From Lama guanicoe (lineage: Eukaryota), in the NCBI GenBank assembly GCA_013239625.1, contig MU054187.1, positions 9,195,231-9,259,230 on the forward strand: a stretch of 64,000 nt of DNA, given 5' to 3'. Numbering within the stretch: position 1 is the stretch's first letter; each line of letters begins with the position of its first letter. The position numbers and the translations under genes were made by a program. The notes below the pieces were generated by a model that saw only the letters and a list, made by a program, of their open reading frames with translations, was not told the origin of the DNA and ran no database searches. Shown in pieces: positions 12,794-24,506 of the stretch.

Positions 12794-13756
12794 TATGGTG
12801 GATCAAAGATGGTCACAAAATGTTTGACACTTTCCCCACTGAAGTGGAGGATGTTCCCTCCAGTTAAACCTAGGTGGGCTCTGTGATTGCTCTAATGGAT
12901 AGAATACGGTGAAGACACTGCAGTTTTGGGGTCCAAGTCTTGGGAGATTGACCTTCTACTTCCTATCATTTGGTGTACTTCTTCTTGGAAGCCATCCTCC
13001 AGAAAGAAGCATGACTACTCTGAGAGTACCATGTTGTGAGAAACCAAAGCCCTCTGAAGAGGACCTGGAGAATGAGACACCATGTGGAGCAAGAGAGACA
13101 CAAAAGAACTCTAAGATGCTAGACATATAAGTGCGACATATGAGCCATCCTAGCAGTGGATACCCAGCTCCAGGGACCCCAGTGACAACAAATGGATCAG
13201 ACACACAAGTTGCCCGGCTGAGGTCATCTTGAATTCTGAACCTCCAAATTCTGAGCAAATAAAATAGTTGTTTGGGATACTTAATTTTGTGGTAGTTTGT
13301 AATGCAACAACAGAAAACAAGAACCGATATAGGTGCTGCAATTATTAAAACCTAAAGCATATGTCATTGATTTTGAGACTGGACAGTGGCAGAGACTGAA
13401 AAAGCCTCAAATAGAGGGTTAATGGAAATGAAGGACAGGAGGTTATTATCGAGGCTTGGCAAGAGGGTAATCCCTATTGTGTAGTAGCAGAGGTTTAGCA
13501 AAACTGTCGCCTGACTTTTTTCGGAAAATATAAAATGTACCTAATAAACTAGTGGATCTCGTAAGTAAATTTCCAGGCAGAATGTTAAAAGTGCCAAATA
13601 GGTCTTGTATCTGCATACAACAAATATAGATAGGGAGAAATAAGCTAAAGATATCATTCAATTTTTTAGCAGAATTTAGAAGAAATATATAGAATCCAAG
13701 ACTTGCTGGGTTCAAAAATACCACTATTTCTTAAATTATAATGAAAAAGAATATGA

Positions 13757-13787
<31 letters not shown>

Positions 13788-15295
13788 TACTACGACTGAA
13801 ACATTATGTCCTACACCAGAAATTGACACAACATTGTCAATTGACTATTACTTCAATTAAAAAAAACAACAACACAATTTCCTATCTGTTTTCCGGCAAA
13901 GAAAACATTTTTAAAGCAAGAAATAGCCTCCAGGTAAAAATAAAAACTAGGGCAGTAAAACAAAGACTTAGGGTAAAGATGAATTCAAAGCTGTAAGCAT
14001 AAATTCCTTTGATAAGATCTCAGAAACAATTAAGTTGATGCCTTATCAGCAAGACAAAAGATTTTAAGAGTGTGCCTTATCATCATTGTTTGTTAAACAA
14101 TAGGGATTCTAGTACAATACTGCCCCATCCAAAGGCAGAGAAGAGTCTAGCTCAAAAAGATTGGTGGACATGCCTTTCATCTAACAAAATGGATTACAGT
14201 TTGATATACAGGAATCCTACAATTTTTTTTAAAAGGAATTATACCACCTTGGACCAAGAAGGTCAGAGAACATATCAAACTGAAGAGAGAGCTTTGGACC
14301 CCTAAACTAATTCAGGCTGAGAAACTTACTCAGAAAATATTGGCTATTTCTTATGGAAAATGAAGAATGACTTAGGGGAAAAAACTAAGAGCCCAAAGGT
14401 AAAAAACCAAGGGCCACAGAGTATCATAGCAAGGCTACAGGCTCTATCAGGAAACTGGCAACATGTGTCTAGTGAATGTCATACTGTTACAGAACAGTGA
14501 CTGCTCTGTATCCCATTTTTCCTGTTTTTGAAAGGGCATGCTGGCATATGACTGCCCCATCATTGTATGTTAGTGTGTGTGTGTGTCTGTGTGTATACTC
14601 AGGTAACTTACTTCTTCATTCAGAGGAGGACTTCAGATTGAGAGTATATATACTTGAGGAACCAAATCCAAGGAGGCTTATCTGCACCTTGCCCGAGAAG
14701 TGCAATTTAAGCCTAAATCTAATGACATAATGGAGTGATATTTTTGGAGACTGTGGAAGGAGGGTAGTGTATTTCACATGCAGGAAGAACATAATACTGT
14801 ATGACAAAAGGGTGGACTGTGGCCACAAATTCTTTGCCACTCCTCCCATTGATAAGTGGGGAATGTGGGTCCCTCCCCTTGAATCTGGTTAGATTCTGTG
14901 ACTGTTTGGTCAGTTGAATATGGCTAAAGTGACACTGCACCAGTTTCTGAATCCAGGTTGTAAGAAATTGGCAACTTTCACTTTCTGCTTCTTTGAAGCC
15001 AGCCACTACTTGAGAGGTATGACTATTCTGATATCACCATACCGTGAGAAGCCCAACCAGGATGGAGAGGCCTGGAGAAAAAGACATTGTGTATGGGGAG
15101 AGAGAGACCGAAGAGTGCCACATCTTAGAAGCAGATCATCCAGTCTTACCACCACAGCTAATACCTCATGTAGAGAAACAAACCCTTCCAGATTCCAGAG
15201 TTTGTGATGTATAAAAATCATGAGCAAAATAAACTAGTTGTTTTAAGCCATAAAGTTTGGGCTGGTTAATTACACAGCCATAGGTAACTGGAACA
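12794..15295 (+). mobile_element. MLT1H-like MaLR element, LTR-internal-LTR
   Basis: Homologous LTRs at about 12794-13326 and 14818-15295; purine tract aaaagggtggac before the 3' LTR; ends ...aaca; flanks acctc/acttt. Confidence 0.8.
13735..13870 (+). mobile_element. Short L1 3' terminus with (TA)n, inserted in the MaLR internal region
   Basis: tataatgaaaaagaatatgaaa...cacaacattgt...cttcaattaaaaaa; degenerate TSD cactatttctta/cacaatttccta. Confidence 0.8.
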
Positions 15296-15389
15296 ACTTT
15301 TACTTTGAATTCACTATTTAATCAAAAGCACTTGCTCTTCCCATTCAAATTTTGTATAATTAAATTATGATTTCTCTTGATAGATATGA

Positions 15390-15700
15390 CACGAATAATA
15401 ATGTCTTAATTCTGAGCCTGGCCTCAAGAGGTTTGTGTGCCTCTGTTCTTTCTCTTGGAAAGTTTAGAGCTTGAAGAAATGAGTCATCCCAACGGACCCC
15501 CACCCCCACCCCCAAGTTTACCACAAACTTATGAGCAAGCCCGGTGAGATCAGCTAAGCCCAACCTGGACCAGAAAGGCTCACCCAGTTGGACTCAGCCT
15601 AAATTGCCGATGTGAGGAATCATGAATGAGAAAAAATGGCGGTTGTTTCAAGTTTTAAGTTTTGAAGTGGTTTGTTAAGCAGCAAGAGCTAACTGGTATA
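15390..15700 (+). mobile_element. MLT1 LTR fragment
   Basis: ttttaagttttgaagtggtttgttaagcagcaagagctaactg terminus. Confidence 0.6.
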
Positions 15701-15864
15701 TTAGCCTTCTATTTGATTTCCTGCCAACCAAGAACAAAGTAGAGAAGTATTGGCAGTTCTGTCCAGCTTGAAGTAATTTGCCTACTTTTATTTCTTTATA
15801 AATTTGAGGGCGAAACCAATAAACTAACTTGGAGTTTTTCTCTGTGGCAGGATATAAGGAGAGC

Positions 15865-16275
15865 ACAGCAGCACTGTGACATCCCTGCCTCAAATCCAAA
15901 ACCTGAAGCCACTTATTAGAAAAATCGGGCAAACTCAAATTGAGGGACATACTTTCAAAGTGTCAAGGGCATGAAAGACACGGAAACATCAAGAAACTAT
16001 TACAGTTTGAAGGAGATTAAAGAGACATGACAAAAAATGCAACACATGATTCTCAACTGGATCTTTTTACTAGAAAGAGCAATTTGGGGACAATGGACAA
16101 AATTTGGGTAGAGTCTTATGGCTTAGATGCTAGTGGCGTATCAGTGTTAATTTACCAGTTTTGACAGTTGTTTTGTAGTTAAGGGGGAAATGTCTTTGTT
16201 TATCGGAATTATGAACTAAAGTAGAGGTTTTGAGGCATCATGTAGACAACTTCCTCTCAATGGTTCTATTTTTAA
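15865..16275 (+). mobile_element. L1MC4-like 3' fragment
   Basis: caaattgagggacat...ggagattaaagagacatgaca...tgcaac motifs. Confidence 0.65.
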
Positions 16276-16398
16276 GAAGTTAAAAAAGAAAAGAAAATAT
16301 ATTGTAGAAAATAGAAATAATGGTAGGGCAGTTATAGTCCCGCAAGAACAGGTACCTCCTAATTAAGTCAGTAATTTGTTTTTGATAATCAGACTTAC

Positions 16399-16494
16399 TG
16401 CTCGAAAGTGCTGACTGAAAGCCTGTTTCCCATTATTTTAAGTGGGAAAAATTATATGGTTGATACATCAACCCCAAACACCCAACGAATCTTC
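16399..16494 (-). pseudogene. Candidate exon with two in-frame stops (EDSLGVWG*CINHIIFPT*NNGKQAFSQHFRA)
   Basis: ctttgtttcggttttatgttag|GAAGAT...CGAGCA|gtaagt; strong splice sites, 96 nt; all three frames contain stops. Confidence 0.6.
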
Positions 16495-16899
16495 CTAACA
16501 TAAAACCGAAACAAAGTATCTATATATTAGATATATGTTAGTGTATAACATGTTTAAAACATCACTTTCTGATTACCATACAATATGATTTTTAACAAAC
16601 TTCTCCTTCGTATGTAATATCCTAGATGTAATCCCCTTTGCTGTCACTTACTGTGTTTTTCAAGTCTACACGTTATGATACTGGTATGACTATGATATTC
16701 TACTTATTTCACCCAAAACTTATTATGTATTTTTATTTTTCTTTATTAACTCAATATTTATTCTATTCATAGTCTTGTTTAAAATGTGGTATTGAGTTTC
16801 ATGGAAAAATATAAAATTTTCTTATATAAGTATTTGTGAAAAAAATATTGTACTAAATAGTAAGTATGTTCAATGAAGTTTGTGTAGTACAGTCCAAGA

Positions 16900-18070
16900 G
16901 GCACTCTAATGAAAAAAAAATAACCTCTGGAGACACTGGATTATGCCTGTATATTATAAAGCTACAATAATTTTGGCTACAAATCTTAAGCAGATAGCTT
17001 AATAAAATAGAATAAATTGACCTCAAAATGTAAGAATTACTTCTATACCATACAACACTATAAATATTCACCAAATGAATGACTAATCTCTAGTTATTGG
17101 GAAAACAGTTTAGATCAATATATCATTATTGACACTAATTTCACATAACTTAGAGTTAAACAGAAAATCTGAAAGAAAATGGAATTGTCCAATTTATGTG
17201 TGAAGAAGAGTTTCCTAAGTTTAGAAGCAACAGCAAGTCAATAAAGGGAAAATACACAGATTTGATTACAGTAAAAATTTAAAATTCTGGGTGTGTGAGT
17301 TTAAAAGTAAAACAAATGTTTATGGCAAATAGGAAACCAAAATATTGAATAGTAAGAGTTCTCACAAATCCATAGGAAAAACATTAAGACACTGACAGAT
17401 ACGTGGGAAGGAACACAAAAAGACAGTTTGTTTATAAGAGAAGAAATATACATAGTAAACCAAATTATTTTTTAATCGCTGGGAACCATCACAGCCATCT
17501 ATTAAATTAGAGAAGTCATTAAAAATATCATTAAAATCCAATAGCAAGAGTGGTGTGTGACAAACTAACTGGGTACTATGCACATAACTAGTGTCTGTGT
17601 AAAATGACAGAACCCTTTTGGAAAGTAATTTGGCATGCTGACCCAAGAGTTATAAATATTAATACTTTTTGACTGACTGTATTTTTGGAATTTGCTATTC
17701 TTTTTGCAAAGAGATGATCATTACAAAGTTGTTTATAATAGCAGAGGAAAATGTTTGTGTTGGAGTTGGGGGGCAAACTAAATAGCTAATGGTTAAGCAA
17801 GCTATGGTGCCAACACTTTATAAAAACAGTTTGCAGTTATCAAAATAACTCTAAAAAGGAACAAAAGTGATGATACAATCTTTCAAGAAAAACAGAACAC
17901 AACGTTGTATACTTTGTGCAATTACCCAACTTTATCACATAATAACCAATGCATATAAATTAGTGGTGAGCTTGTAACCAAGATATTAACAGTGACTGCA
18001 AGAAGTGATGAGGTGATAAAAGATTCCTTAAAAAAATCTTTTCTCTGTTTCCTCAAATTAAAAAAGAACA
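16900..18070 (+). mobile_element. Highly diverged L1ME-like ORF2/3' fragment
   Basis: tattataaagctacaataatt, cttttggaaagtaatttggca, gttgtttataatagca. Confidence 0.6.
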
Positions 18071-18322
18071 TATATTGCTTTTAATTAAAAAAAAATAAAA
18101 ACAGAAGAGAGAAGAGATGATGCTTTATTTCTCGTAGTCAAGAGGAAAAATTTTCTTATGCAACTGTTTAGTAAGAATCACCAGAAGTCCATGAAACAAT
18201 CATACGGATGCTGGTAACTGCACTCTGGAAAGCATAACTGGATGACAGACCACTGTAAAAAGCCAGTATCCTACAAGGAGCTGATGACAACTCATCAAAT
18301 AAGGCTGAGGTCATGTACCAAC

Positions 18323-18399
18323 CTGCCCCAGGAGGCTTTCCATACAGTCATACTGCTGCGATACTTTACGAGCCTTCATAAACACATCAAATGCACTGG
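18323..18399 (-). pseudogene. Candidate exon (SAFDVFMKARKVSQQYDCMESLLGQ), phase 1->0
   Basis: cttatttcctag|CCAGTG...GGGCAG|gttggt; 77 nt, open in the phase that matches the upstream exon. Confidence 0.65.
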
Positions 18400-18955
18400 C
18401 TAGGAAATAAGCCTGGTAGTTAGGTATTTTTGTTGATGTTCAACATAAAGTGCCCGTGTTTTTCAACTTTTCATAAGCTTAAGGTCACAGTGTTTTTCCA
18501 TTACCAAACTGCTTTTGGAAGAAAAAGACCCAGCAGTCCCACCATACAGTATGTTTTTAATGTAGGAGCAATTAGAAGAAGGATCCATTTTTGTTTGTTT
18601 GTTTTTCAAAGATGATTTTAAAAGTTCAAATTGGATTTGTGCTGGTTATATTTTAAATCAAGGAAGTGCATTGGTGATATCATTTTACTTGTACTTTTGC
18701 TGCTGCCTAGAGAGGAGGATGTTTAAAGTGAATGTAATACAGTAGGGGATAATCTTCCATTTAACTTTACAATTCTATCAGCAAAATGCCAGGGGAGAAG
18801 GAATATTGTGTTCTCTTTGAATTGCATTTTTGCAACCTGAGATTCAAGTTCAGGTTTCTTGACGCACCCCTAGGCACTGATTCTGAATTAATTAATGTGT
18901 CCAATTTCGTTCACGTAGCCCCTAAGACAAGTGCAAACAAGCCAGCAATGGTTAC

Positions 18956-19073
18956 CCTCATGGCCACTAGAGATCGTACCAAAGGAAAGCGCAGAGCAGT
19001 ACAATGGTCTACTGGTATGAATTTATCCATTGAGAAAGATCGAAGAGAGAATCGGGCTGGTACAGATTGAAAG
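18956..19073 (-). pseudogene. Candidate exon with in-frame TAA (LSICTSPILSSIFLNG*IHTSRPLYCSALSFGTISSGHE), phase 0->1
   Basis: tgtatccaacag|CTTTCA...CATGAGG|gtaacc; 118 nt bridges the phase-0 and phase-1 neighbours; TAA at 19023-19025; several retained CpGs. Confidence 0.65.
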
Positions 19074-19589
19074 CTGTTGGATACATTTAATATCTTCTAG
19101 TTTAATTCACACCTTCTGGGTATGGATTAAAACACATCACAAAGAGCTTTGCTGTTATGGTTGAAGGAGGCAGTTTCTTTCTCTTCCTTCTTGTACTCTA
19201 GGAGAAATGAACCAGCCGAGCACTGCCTACAATGTGGAAGGCAGGCCTCACCCAGCTTGTGTGTGTGCTAGCTGGGTTGCCATCCATTCTTATGAAGAAA
19301 AGGGTTCTTTATGACAGGGTCTGAGATTTGTCTTCCTTAAAGAATGACTCATGAAAACAAAAAGCAGATTTAGGCCTTTCTGTAGTTTCTGCTTCTCTGA
19401 AGATTAGAAAGGACTGGTACTAACCCTTAAAAATGTCTGATTCCCTGTGATATAAAATTCCCAATAGACAATGAGTGGATTACCAAGGGAATTTCATCAT
19501 TTTTGTCCTCTCAAAAATGTGCACTTGCTCTTAGATAATCTTTTAGTCTTGGCTGTAATTCTCCATAAAATCGATTAATGAAGCACGCC

Positions 19590-19812
19590 AAAGGTCAGAG
19601 TTACACTGCCACAAACCAAGGAATCCCTAGGCCACCAGAAGATGGGAAGAGGAAAGGAAAGATCCCTACTTAGAGTTTTTGGAGGAAGCATGGCCCTGCT
19701 GACACCTTGATTTCAACTTTTAGCCTCCAGAACCATGAGACGATACATTTCTGTCGTTTTAACCCATCTAATCTGTGGTACTTGGTTATAGCAGCCCAGG
19801 GAGACTAATAAA
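19590..19812 (+). mobile_element. MLT1B/C-like LTR, 3' half
   Basis: catggccctgctgacaccttgatttc...gcctccagaacc...tgtggtacttggttatagcagccc. Confidence 0.8.
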
Positions 19813-20694
19813 CCAATGGCAGTATGTCATGCTTGGGTGAGTATCATTCCATATCATGTATGAAATATCTCTTCTGCAGGAAAAAAAAACAGAGGGAAAG
19901 GAAAAACTATTTTTTTCACAGCTGCATAGGAGTTTGGGCTTGCTGACGATGAAATTTTGTGACTGGCTAGATATCTGCAAAGTTCATCACCAAGTTCCCG
20001 TAATGTTCACTGAAGGTCCTGATGTCCCATTCATGCAATCTATGTCTTGATAAAGTTGTTTAGGATGGCATAATGGCCAAAGTGACCATGGCACTCAGGC
20101 AGTGACTAAGGGCCTGAGCTGGGAGTCTGCCTCCAAAAATTGCTCTCAGAAAATCAAGATTGGGCCGCTGTAAGGCAAATGACCCGTCTTAGCTCTGGTC
20201 TAAGGATTCTCAGTTGGAAGGGGGATTCAAGTGTGGCCTTGGGATTCTTGGCTGTCCCTACGTTGTGAGGCTGTGTCCTGGGCATGGCAGGTGTCAGGAC
20301 AAAGAGCAGGACTGACAGATCGGTTCTGCTTTGGCGTTAATGCTGGAAAGGCATGAGTGCACTGATACTGACTACTGAGATCTTGGTTGTGTTGAGAAGG
20401 ATTTTGATGCTCATCTGGGCCCAGGGGACAGAGCTGTGACTGATAGACTCTCATTAGTGAACTTACACAAGGATGTGGAAGTGGGGAACATCTGAGCCTT
20501 GGCCATGGACTTGGTGACCCTGGGCTAAGACATGCCTCCTATAGACTAAAGTGGTTGATGATGGAAGACTGAGAATTACCGTTTCAAAGCTAAATAATCC
20601 AAGATGTTTAGCAGTTTGTTTATGATTTAGACCCCAAGAATCCTGGTCAAGAAAAGATTCACAACCCTCACAAATCACCTGGGAACTTGCAGCA

Positions 20695-21135
20695 GTCATA
20701 GTCATGAGAGAAAGAACTCTCTCTAGCTGAATAATTGAGGTCGTTTTAGTAAAAGGACTATTTACAAAGGTGTGGGCAGGGTTTAGACAGAGCAACAACG
20801 GACATGGCTACTTTAGGCCAACCAGAGCAGGAAGCCAGTTCTACACTTCGGTGGGAAGGAACAGAGGAAGGAAGACTGCTGTGTGGACGGGATCCTGATA
20901 GGAGCTGTGCATTTGGGGGAGGCTTACAGACAAACTACAGGGGCCAGGACAGAACAGAACTAAGGGAATGAAAATCAGGTCTCGCTCTCCTCCTTCCCTC
21001 CACCTCCTGTAGTGACTCCCATTGGAAGCAGGAGGGCAAGGAAGCCAGCGGATGCCACCCATGCAGTCAGCCTTTGCGGGTACAGAGCAGGGTGTGGACA
21101 CAATAGAGGGACTGCTGAGCAAATGGGAGGTAACT
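20695..21135 (-). mobile_element. LTR41-like ERVL solo LTR
   Basis: Reverse-complement similarity to 36118-36555 (tttacaaaggtgtgggcagggtttag). Confidence 0.6.
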
Positions 21136-22940
21136 CCCACAGACTTCTTTTAGTCAGAATCCTTCTGACTCCAAGTGACGGAACCCTATCCTAATCTAAC
21201 TGAGACAGAAAGTTTTATGGGAAGTCTCAGAGGAAAATGCAAAAGTTTATTTGAATGTCAGGAAAACTTGACCACAATTTAGGGACTACCATCTTGGGTT
21301 CTCATCTCTGCTTTTTTCCCCCTCTATTCAGCTTTATTCTTTTAGATCAGTTTCATCCATTAGCAGCTTCCACTTTTATACCTTCAACACCAAAGAGAGA
21401 CTAAATCCCTTTACTTACGTTCAGTGTGAAAAATCTTAGGAATGATTCAAGTTTCACACCTTCCAGTGGGTCCTAATGAAGCAGCAGTTTCTGGGGCTTC
21501 GGGGTGCTGTGACTGGCCCAGCCCAGATCTTGGAGTAGAGGGAGGAAGAAGTCTCCAAAGTCTACAGATCCCCCCAAAAGGAAAGGGTCCTGGGCAAAAA
21601 GAGAATAGGTCTCCACCACAGGGAGGACACAGAAGCAGGGGTGAAGATGGCACAATGGAGGAGGTGGAGGGGCATTCTGGGTTATCGGCCAGCACAGGGG
21701 CTCAGACTGAGACCTGTGGAGAAAGGGCAGGCTTGAGCTTTACCCAGAAGCTGAGACTTTGCTCAAATAATTATCCTTCCTGCTTATGTGCACTACCTTT
21801 CAGGTGGACAAAAAGGGTGAAATTGTCAGCCTGGTGCGTGACCTGCGCCTGGCTTTCCTAGTCAGTCATTATTGCTCCCTTGCAAATGTGACCTGGGGAG
21901 CCAGTTCGTTTGCAGTTCTTTGGGAAAGAATGATCCACACCCTCCATGTCTCGCCAAGTCCTTTGCTTGCATCTCCATCTGTCACGATCCTACTCATCAT
22001 TCAAGGTCAGCTCAGACCTCACCATCTCCATCAGAACATCCCTGATCCTGCCAGCAGGAAGGAAGCTTTCCATCCCCTGGTCTTCTGTCACTAGCCTAGA
22101 GAGCTATTTAAATATTGATCAAGGCCAGCTTTGCATCAGACTTCTTTATCTATGCCAGCCTCCCTCACCAGATACTCAGGGCATTTTTATACAGTTGAAA
22201 GAACCCTGGGAGCAGTGGGAGGAATGGGGATTTGACCCCAGTGTTGTGTCCTCTCTCCCACTTTACATTCTCCCAGTTGCTTTCTCATTCTTCTCATTTC
22301 TCCTTTCTGCTCTTGGTTCTTCATTTTTGGTTATAAATATGGTCACTTTTCTTATACACATTGAGGTCTATTTAGGATTAGAGTTTGGCTTTTAAAAGCA
22401 TGTACCTAAAAGACTAGCTCCTAACTCTACCATGGTTAAGCATGTGATAACAGCTGTAAAGCCAATGTGACTGCATTTCCTTTTAGAAACTAACATGCCT
22501 CAAAAATTTCAGAGTTGAAATCCTTTAGGGAATGATATTTTTTATAGTAACTTTTAGAAAAGTATTAATTATTAAGCCAAATTGGTCAAATATGCAAAGG
22601 TATCAAACATCATTTACCTTTCCAAAGGGAGAGCCTGAAGTGACCTCTGTAGCTGTTGCTACATTATAACTTTTGTTCAGACATTTTGCTTCAAAATTGG
22701 TTTACACTTTACTTTTAAGAAACAAAAGTAAAACTGTTCATTGAGTGGATTGAGAGTTGATGGACTTTTCTTCCTCCTTTTTTGGTGTTAACCACAGGTG
22801 TCTTTAGCTGTAGGTAGCCTTTCTAAATGACCCTTTTGGTTTCCATAGTTATTACGTTATAGACTAAAGTTCAACAGTTTATGGGTTGGACCATTTGAGT
22901 TGGTAACACACTAAGCACATTCTGAAAAAGAAAGCCCCCA

Positions 22941-22990
22941 CCAAACAAAAACAAAAACGAAAACAAAAACAAAAACAAAAACAAACAAGA
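22941..22990. repeat. (CAAAAA)n simple repeat
   Basis: Read directly from the sequence. Confidence 0.9.
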
Positions 22991-23699
22991 AAACTCAGCA
23001 TCCCTGTAAAGGGATCTGCTGAAATTCAAGTAAACAAGAAACCTTAGTCTTATGACAACTAGTTAATAGCACATCAGTGCCAGGCCACAGTAATCAGTCA
23101 AATAAAATGTAGCTTCTAGTTATTAAATAAAGCCACCATTTTTTTTAAATCAGAAGAGTTAAAGGATACGACTTAAATCTTTCTGTTACTTCTGGGATGT
23201 CAAAGAAACAAGCCCACCTCCCTCCTCTTTTTTCCATCAAACTAAAGAAGGAGAAAGGAAGAAAGGAAGGAAAGAAGGAAGGAAGGGCAAGGGAGGGGAA
23301 AAAATCTAAGTATTTCCAATAATCAAACAAGGAAAGATTTAACTTCTCAAGAATAGGTGCTATGTTTCTTAGAGGAAAATCTAATTTAGCTAAGTAAAAT
23401 AGAAACTGAAGCGCTATTCCTCTTTTGACTCTAAGCCCTCATCATGACATTTTATTGAATCTACATTTCTACACTAATTACTATAATTTTTCTAGAAATA
23501 AAACAGAACAGCAGAACAACAGATGTGATAACATTCAAAGTGTTCCACTGTGACATGATTGACCCAAGTTGCAAGGGAGGATGGAAAAGAGGATATTTAG
23601 TATTTCCAACTTCTATAGTAGAAGATAACAAAGGAAAAAGGAAGTTAGGAATGACAACTGGGTTAGTCAATCAAGTGAAAGAAATGGCTTGGGGCTTAG

Positions 23700-24310
23700 G
23701 TGAGGGCGTAGGATGTCCAAGGTATGTTGGACAAAGGGCAAGTAGATGACATCTCACAGGTGCTGAGGGTAGGTGAGAATCAAGAGATGAGATTAGGGAG
23801 ACAGCTTGGCATCAGGACCTTACATGCCAAATCAAGGAGTTAGGAATTTATCCCTTTAACAACAGGAGCCCACTGGAAATTTGTGAGTAGAAGAGTGAGA
23901 TGATTAAAGCATTATTTGATCACCAATAATCTGGCCAGAGCATAGACTGTATTGAAGGAGGGTGAACCTGAAGGAGCATTGCAAAGGTCCCTCAATGAAG
24001 TACCAGGACATGAGCAGGAATGGTGGCAGTGGTGTGGGATAAAAAGTACAATTATGGAAGAGATTATAATGTATGAACAGTCATGGATTGTTGACCAATG
24101 GAAGACCAAGGTGAGGGAGCAGCAAACATGACTTCACAGCTTTGCCTGCATCACTGGGAAAATCTGTAATAGTGGTAGGGAATCAGAAAGGGAGCTGGTT
24201 TTAGGAAGAATTCCTTTAGTTCAAGTTTAGATGTTGAGGTTGAGGTAGAGGCAGAAGGACGTGCAATGGAAGTGTACAGGAGGCAGATAACACACAGCCC
24301 ACAAGATTCT
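23700..24310 (-). mobile_element. L2 fragment
   Basis: Antisense L2 motifs (ggaatttatcc...ggagcccactgga...gagtgagatgatt). Confidence 0.65.
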
Positions 24311-24386
24311 GGACATTAAGACTCACATTGCCTCTGGTGCTGCTTCCCAGGAGACAGTGGAGAGAGGCAAGTCATTCTGTACATAC

Positions 24387-24506
24387 TCTGTACTCGGTAC
24401 AAGTGAGGCCTGAAAACTTCTCAAGATTAGTAATGACAGCCCCCAAATCAAGAAGTGAACATTCCATGGCAAGTAGGATGAAACACCCAGAAGTATATCC
24501 CGAAAC
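24387..24506 (-). pseudogene. Candidate exon (VSGYTSGCFILLAMECSLLDLGAVITNLEKFSGLTCTEYR), phase 0->0
   Basis: ttctcttctcccag|GTTTCG...TACAGA|gtatgt; 120 nt, open. Confidence 0.7.

Noticed and set aside
18786..19070. Plus-strand 94-aa ORF
   Set aside because: Antisense to a minus-strand exon; no independent support
21442..22395. 139-149 aa plus-strand ORFs
   Set aside because: Overlap LTR/L2-like decayed sequence; no splice or homology support
18323..24506. Alternative stop-free frame across the 24506 and 19073 exons (FRDILLGVSSYLPWNVH...FQSVPARFSLRSFSMDK...AMR)
   Set aside because: Closed by stops in the 28525 exon and by TGA early in the 18399 exon. The chosen frame explains more exons, though only an orthologue can settle it.
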